A stretch of 64,000 bases of DNA, taken from an uncultured Clostridia bacterium. Lineage in GTDB: Bacteria; Bacillota; Clostridia; TANB77; CAG-465. The translations under genes and the position numbers were made by a program. The stretch is taken from contig CALXJE010000003.1 of assembly GCA_944388545.1 (NCBI GenBank), forward strand, positions 9,436-73,435, read 5' to 3'. Positions 59,850-64,000 of this stretch are shown here, piece after piece. The notes under the pieces are model-generated. The model ran no database searches, was not told the origin of the DNA, and saw nothing but the letters and a program-made list of their open reading frames with translations. How positions within the stretch are numbered: the stretch's first letter is position 1; each line of letters begins with the position of its first letter.

Positions 59850-61109
59850 ATGAAAATGGAAACAAAGAACAGCCAGAGGGAAGGAATATCTTTAATAGTG
59901 CTGGTAATAACAATAATAATAATGATAATACTAGCAGGAGCAATAATATTAACATTAAATAATAGTGGAATAATCGGAAGAGCAGAGGAAGCACGAGATA
60001 AAAGTGACACATCAACACTAAAAGAGGCAGCAAATATAGCATACTCAGAATGGACATTAGCAAGACAGATGGACGGGGAGACAAAAAGTGCAGATGCATA
60101 TGTTAAAGATAAGTTAAAAGATCAAGGTTTTAGTGACGAAGATTTACAACTAGTATATATAGAAGATACAGGTAAGATATTGATAGCAACAGTGCCAGAA
60201 GGATTTGTAGCATCAGATATAGAAGGAGAAAATACAGTAGCAGAAGGACTAGTAATATATGAAGGATCCGAGAAAGTATCAACAGATACAGATGCAAAGA
60301 CAACAAGAAATCAATTTGTATGGGTGCCAGTAGATATATCAGAGTTTGAGAGAACAGCCTGGTCAAATAATGCACCAGCATCTGGTTTATCATCAATTTT
60401 TACAGAGCCATATTCATATAGCACTGATATAGGTATATCAGAAGTAAATGATTTAACAGGAGAATATGCAGAGTATAAAGCGATGAAAGCAAGTGTAGAA
60501 AAATATGGAGGCTTTTATATAGGAAGATATGAAGCAGGAAGTGAGACAGAAAGAACTAATGTAGCTAATGGGACGACAAACATGGTAGCAAAAAAAGATG
60601 CATATGTATATAATTATGTAGGATGGGGACAAGATATGTCAACTACAGAAGGTGATGTGTATGATTGGGATTATAATTTAAATCAAGGAAAAGGAGCAGT
60701 AGAACTATCAAGAAATTTATATAAAGATAGTGATTCAGTAAAATCAACATTAATATATAGTGTGCAGTGGGATGCAGTATTAAGGTTTATAGCAGATAGT
60801 GAGCATAATGTAACAGATAGTACATCATGGGGAAATTATTATAATAATCCAGATAGAACAAGTGTAAGTCCAAATATTCCAGCGAAAACAGGAGCACATG
60901 AAAATTGGAAAGCAAAGAATATATATGATTTAGCAGGAAATGTGTGGGAATGGACAATGGAGGCCGATAGTTCTATTTTCCGTGTTGGTCGCGGTGGTAG
61001 CTACTCGCGCTACGGTTCTAACTACCCAGCCTCTTATCGTACCTACGTTAGTCCGTCTTGGTGCGTCAGTAGCGCCGGCTTCCGTCTAGCACTTTATGTT
61101 ATTGTTTAA
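59850..61109 (+). CDS. pilin-like N-terminal helix + FGE-sulfatase/C-type-lectin-fold domain protein (putative DGR target), copy 2
   Basis: MKMETKNSQREG-ISLIVLVITIIIMIILAGAIILTLNN. It has the same domain motifs as 31107..32360 (NIYDLAGNVWEWT, RGGSY, GFRLA). Homology to copy 1 begins ~35 nt upstream of the ATG and ends at ...gcactttatgt. Confidence 0.8.
   Translation: MKMETKNSQREGISLIVLVITIIIMIILAGAIILTLNNSGIIGRAEEARDKSDTSTLKEAANIAYSEWTLARQMDGETKSADAYVKDKLKDQGFSDEDLQLVYIEDTGKILIATVPEGFVASDIEGENTVAEGLVIYEGSEKVSTDTDAKTTRNQFVWVPVDISEFERTAWSNNAPASGLSSIFTEPYSYSTDIGISEVNDLTGEYAEYKAMKASVEKYGGFYIGRYEAGSETERTNVANGTTNMVAKKDAYVYNYVGWGQDMSTTEGDVYDWDYNLNQGKGAVELSRNLYKDSDSVKSTLIYSVQWDAVLRFIADSEHNVTDSTSWGNYYNNPDRTSVSPNIPAKTGAHENWKAKNIYDLAGNVWEWTMEADSSIFRVGRGGSYSRYGSNYPASYRTYVSPSWCVSSAGFRLALYVIV
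60975..61076 (+). other. putative DGR variable region (VR2)
   Basis: Counterpart of 32229..32330, with the same A-free scaffold codons but different residues at the variable codons. Confidence 0.6.
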
Positions 61110-61148
61110 AAAGCAGAGAGGATGTGTAAATAATTTTGTGTAATTTAA

Positions 61149-61180
61149 AAGAGAATAAGCCTATAAGGGTTTATTCTCTT
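61149..61180. terminator. hairpin between convergent genes
   Basis: AAGAGAATAAGCC-TATAA-GGGTTTATTCTCTT. It overlaps the engB stop codon. Confidence 0.45.
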
Positions 61181-61745
61181 CTAATATTTTTAATATATCC
61201 TGAACACCTACTTTATTTTCGCTTGAGAAAGGTATAATTTCATTATCTGCAAATAGTTTTTTTCGTATTATTGTAAGCATTTGTTGTACTTTGGTTTTAG
61301 ATATCTTATCTGCTTTATTTGCTACTATAGTGCAAGGTATTTCTTTTGATACAATCCAATCATACATAGTCCTATCATTTTCTGTGGGTTCGTGCCTTAT
61401 ATCTACTAAAAAGAATATGTGACGAATGTTTAAATTGGTTTCTAAAAACGAATTTGTTAATTTATTTATATTTTCTTTTTCTTTAAGAGACATTTTTGAA
61501 AAACCATAACCAGGAAGATCTACTAAATAAAATTCATTATTAATTTTAAAATAGTTAATACTCCTTGTTTTACCAGGACTGCATCCAACTTTAGCTAATT
61601 TTTTATTATTAGTAAGTGCATTTATAAATGAAGATTTTCCAACATTTGATTTACCTACCATTATAAAAGTGGGTAAATTATCTTGAATTAAATCTTTTTT
61701 GCTAAATATTGATTTTACAAAGATGGCATTTTTTAAATATTCCAT
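61161..61745 (-). CDS. engB: ribosome biogenesis GTPase EngB/YsxC
   Basis: G1 GKSNVGKSSFINAL, G3 DLPGYG, G4 NKADK. 194 aa. Confidence 0.9.
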   Translation of the reverse strand: MEYLKNAIFVKSIFSKKDLIQDNLPTFIMVGKSNVGKSSFINALTNNKKLAKVGCSPGKTRSINYFKINNEFYLVDLPGYGFSKMSLKEKENINKLTNSFLETNLNIRHIFFLVDIRHEPTENDRTMYDWIVSKEIPCTIVANKADKISKTKVQQMLTIIRKKLFADNEIIPFSSENKVGVQDILKILEENKPL

Positions 61746-61755
61746 AAATTCTCCT

Positions 61756-63033
61756 TTATTTTTTAGGTAATTCTATTTTTGTTTTACCACCCATATATGG
61801 TATTAAAACATCAGGTATAGTTACTGTACCGTCTTCATTTTGATAGTTTTCTAAAATAGGTATTAATATTCTTGGAGATGCAATAGCCGTGTTATTTAGA
61901 GTATATACATATTTAGTAGTACCATCATCATCTCTGTATTTTATATTACTTCTTCTTGCTTGAAAATCATTAAATGAAGAACAAGAATGAGTTTCAGAAT
62001 AACTATTTCTAGAAGGCATCCAAGCTTCAATGTCATGTTTCCTTATTTGACCAATACCAATATCTCCTGTACATACCTGAACAACTCTATATGGTATTTT
62101 TAAATCTTGAAGTATTTCTTCAGAATTGTTTAATAAGAAGTCATGTATTTTGTATTGTTCATCACTATCTGCAGTGCAGATTGCAACCTGTTCTATTTTG
62201 GTAAATTGATGAACTCTATATAATCCTCTTGTATCTTTTCCATATGTACCTGCTTCTCTTCTAAAACAGTTAGAATATCCAGCATATAGAATAGGCAAGT
62301 CTTTTTTGTTTAATGTTTCTGAATTATGATAAGATACTAAAGAAACTTCAGAAGTACCAACTAAGTATAAATCATCTTCTGTTATTGCATAAGCTTGTTC
62401 TTTTCCTAGAGGAAAATATCCTGTTCCTTTCATTGCAACGTCTTTTACCATAACAGGTACTGTCATAGGACAGAAACCTTTTGATACTAATTTATCAAGT
62501 ACAAATCTACATATTGCCATTTCAAGTAAAACAGCATCATTTTTTAAGTAGTATGTACGTGCACCAGCTATTTTAGAAGCATGAGAAAAATCCATTAAGT
62601 CAAGCATTTGACCTAGTTGAACATGGTCACGTGGTTTAAAATCAAATTCACGAATAGTACCCCATTTTCTAAGTTCTACATTATCATTTTCATCTTTTCC
62701 TACTGGAACTTCAGGTAGAGTAGGATTTGGAACTGTAAGCATAATATTATCAAATTCTTCCTTTAGAGGAAAAATCTCGTTTTCTATTTTAGTGATATCC
62801 TCTTTTAAATTTTTAACGTGATTTATTTTCTCCTGTTTTTCTTCTTGAGATAAGGATGGTATTAAACTAGATAGTTTGTTCCTTTCTTCTTTTAACTCAT
62901 CAAGCTTTTGATTTAATTTTTTTAATTCAGCATCAATCTGTAATAGTCTATCAATATCAACATTAAATAACTTGTCTTTTGCAGCTTTTTTAACAATATC
63001 TGCATTTTCCCTAATAAATTTTATATCTAACAT
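61756..63033 (-). CDS. serS: seryl-tRNA synthetase
   Basis: N-terminal coiled-coil arm (MLDIKFIREN...) and class II motifs (FRREAG, GLYRVHQFTKIE, TLNNTAIASPR). Confidence 0.92.
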   Translation of the reverse strand: MLDIKFIRENADIVKKAAKDKLFNVDIDRLLQIDAELKKLNQKLDELKEERNKLSSLIPSLSQEEKQEKINHVKNLKEDITKIENEIFPLKEEFDNIMLTVPNPTLPEVPVGKDENDNVELRKWGTIREFDFKPRDHVQLGQMLDLMDFSHASKIAGARTYYLKNDAVLLEMAICRFVLDKLVSKGFCPMTVPVMVKDVAMKGTGYFPLGKEQAYAITEDDLYLVGTSEVSLVSYHNSETLNKKDLPILYAGYSNCFRREAGTYGKDTRGLYRVHQFTKIEQVAICTADSDEQYKIHDFLLNNSEEILQDLKIPYRVVQVCTGDIGIGQIRKHDIEAWMPSRNSYSETHSCSSFNDFQARRSNIKYRDDDGTTKYVYTLNNTAIASPRILIPILENYQNEDGTVTIPDVLIPYMGGKTKIELPKK

Positions 63034-63175
63034 AATAACCCTCCTTAAATATATTAAATATTATAGTATAAAAGCTTTAATAATTCAACTTATATTATAT
63101 TTAATTGATTTGAATAATTAAAAAAATAAAGGAAATAATATAATTATACAACATATTAGGAAAGGATGTATAATA

Positions 63176-63400
63176 ATGAGAAGAAGAAAAGATAATGAAT
63201 ATGATGGAAATATAAAGATTAATTGTAATGTATCTTCTTGCGCTCACAATTGTGTAGAAGATAGTACATGCTTATTAAAAGAAATTAGAGTTGCAAGAAT
63301 TAAAGCTGAAGAAAGTGGAGATGCAGATAAGGATACGGCATGTCATAGTTATAGATATATAGGAAATGAAAATTCTCATCTAGGAAATTATAGAATGTAG
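63176..63400 (+). CDS. DUF1540-domain small Cys-rich protein
   Basis: The C-x5-C-x6-C pattern INCNVSSCAHNCVEDSTCLLKEIRV is typical of DUF1540 proteins. Confidence 0.6.
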   Translation: MRRRKDNEYDGNIKINCNVSSCAHNCVEDSTCLLKEIRVARIKAEESGDADKDTACHSYRYIGNENSHLGNYRM

Positions 63401-63507
63401 CAAAAAAAGGCAAATTTTGTAATTTAGTTGTCATAAAATTTAAAATGTGATATAATATATATCTATTTAAAATATACCTATTACATAATTAGAAAGGGGA
63501 CTAAAAA

Positions 63508-63867
63508 ATGAGTATTTTTAAAGCAAGCTACATAGGAGGACTAAAAGATTGTTGTTTAAAATTTGGAGAAGTTTACAAAGTTAAGCGGATATTAGCAAAA
63601 GATAATGGAAAACTATTTTTTATACTTGAAGAAATAGAAGGTGAATACGAAAGTTCTTTATTTCATGAATTAAAAAATAAAGGTTTTTTCTATTTGGCTA
63701 GTGGAGAAATTCCTAAAGTAGGTAGCTATATGAGATTAATAAAGCATAAAAATGATATGAATGAGTTCATGACAGGTGAAGTAAAGGTTGTTGAAAATTC
63801 AAAAATTCCAGGAGTATATATAGCGTATACAGAAAAGAATGCTTATTCAGTATCTTCAATTATTTAG
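63508..63867 (+). CDS. hypothetical protein
   Basis: 119 aa with an AAGGGGA RBS. No motif recognised. Confidence 0.4.
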   Translation: MSIFKASYIGGLKDCCLKFGEVYKVKRILAKDNGKLFFILEEIEGEYESSLFHELKNKGFFYLASGEIPKVGSYMRLIKHKNDMNEFMTGEVKVVENSKIPGVYIAYTEKNAYSVSSII

Positions 63868-64000
63868 GTTAAAGAGGATGTACATAAATATGTGCATCCT
63901 TTTTATTCAAACGTTCAAGTTGACATAATTTGTATAGTATGATATAATATACATATATATTTTTTATATATAATATATAATTATTATATTATGGAGGTTT

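Overview
This is a very AT-rich chromosome segment, by eye well under 35% GC. The gene content looks like a low-GC Firmicute of the Clostridia type. Most of the window is core housekeeping, mainly on the + strand: pyrH, tmRNA, corA, radA-disA, murC, cls, proS, pflBA, dnaE, murE, groESL, murB, a yvcK-like gene, ruvC, ftsY, engB, serS and two tRNAs.

Three things stand out.

(1) A complete type IV pilus locus lies at 42.1-52.0 kb, in the order pilMN, pilO, pilins, pilB, pilT, pilC. All but one of its pilin-like N-termini lack the canonical Glu5. Its 'prepilin peptidase' ORF keeps only the N-terminal Zn-finger domain, fused in frame to a minor pilin.

(2) Two paralogous genes, 31107..32360 and 59850..61109, lie 28 kb apart. 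Each carries the same pilin-type N-terminal helix as the locus pilin, followed by an FGE-sulfatase/C-type-lectin-fold domain. The last ~100 nt of each gene are GC-rich and adenine-depleted, and the two copies differ there in the pattern expected for variable regions of a diversity-generating retroelement (DGR). I could find no template repeat or reverse transcriptase in the window. My working hypothesis is DGR-diversified modular pilins.

(3) Smaller oddities:
- an (AC)17 microsatellite inside a 30-codon ORF
- a four-copy intergenic hairpin repeat family
- a frameshifted cysE
- a TnpV-like gene remnant next to tRNA-Thr
- an Lsa-like ABC-F gene
- a yvcK homologue with TM and Lys-rich extensions

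No CRISPR array, rRNA or intact mobile element was seen. All assignments rest on motif recognition by eye; no searches were run.
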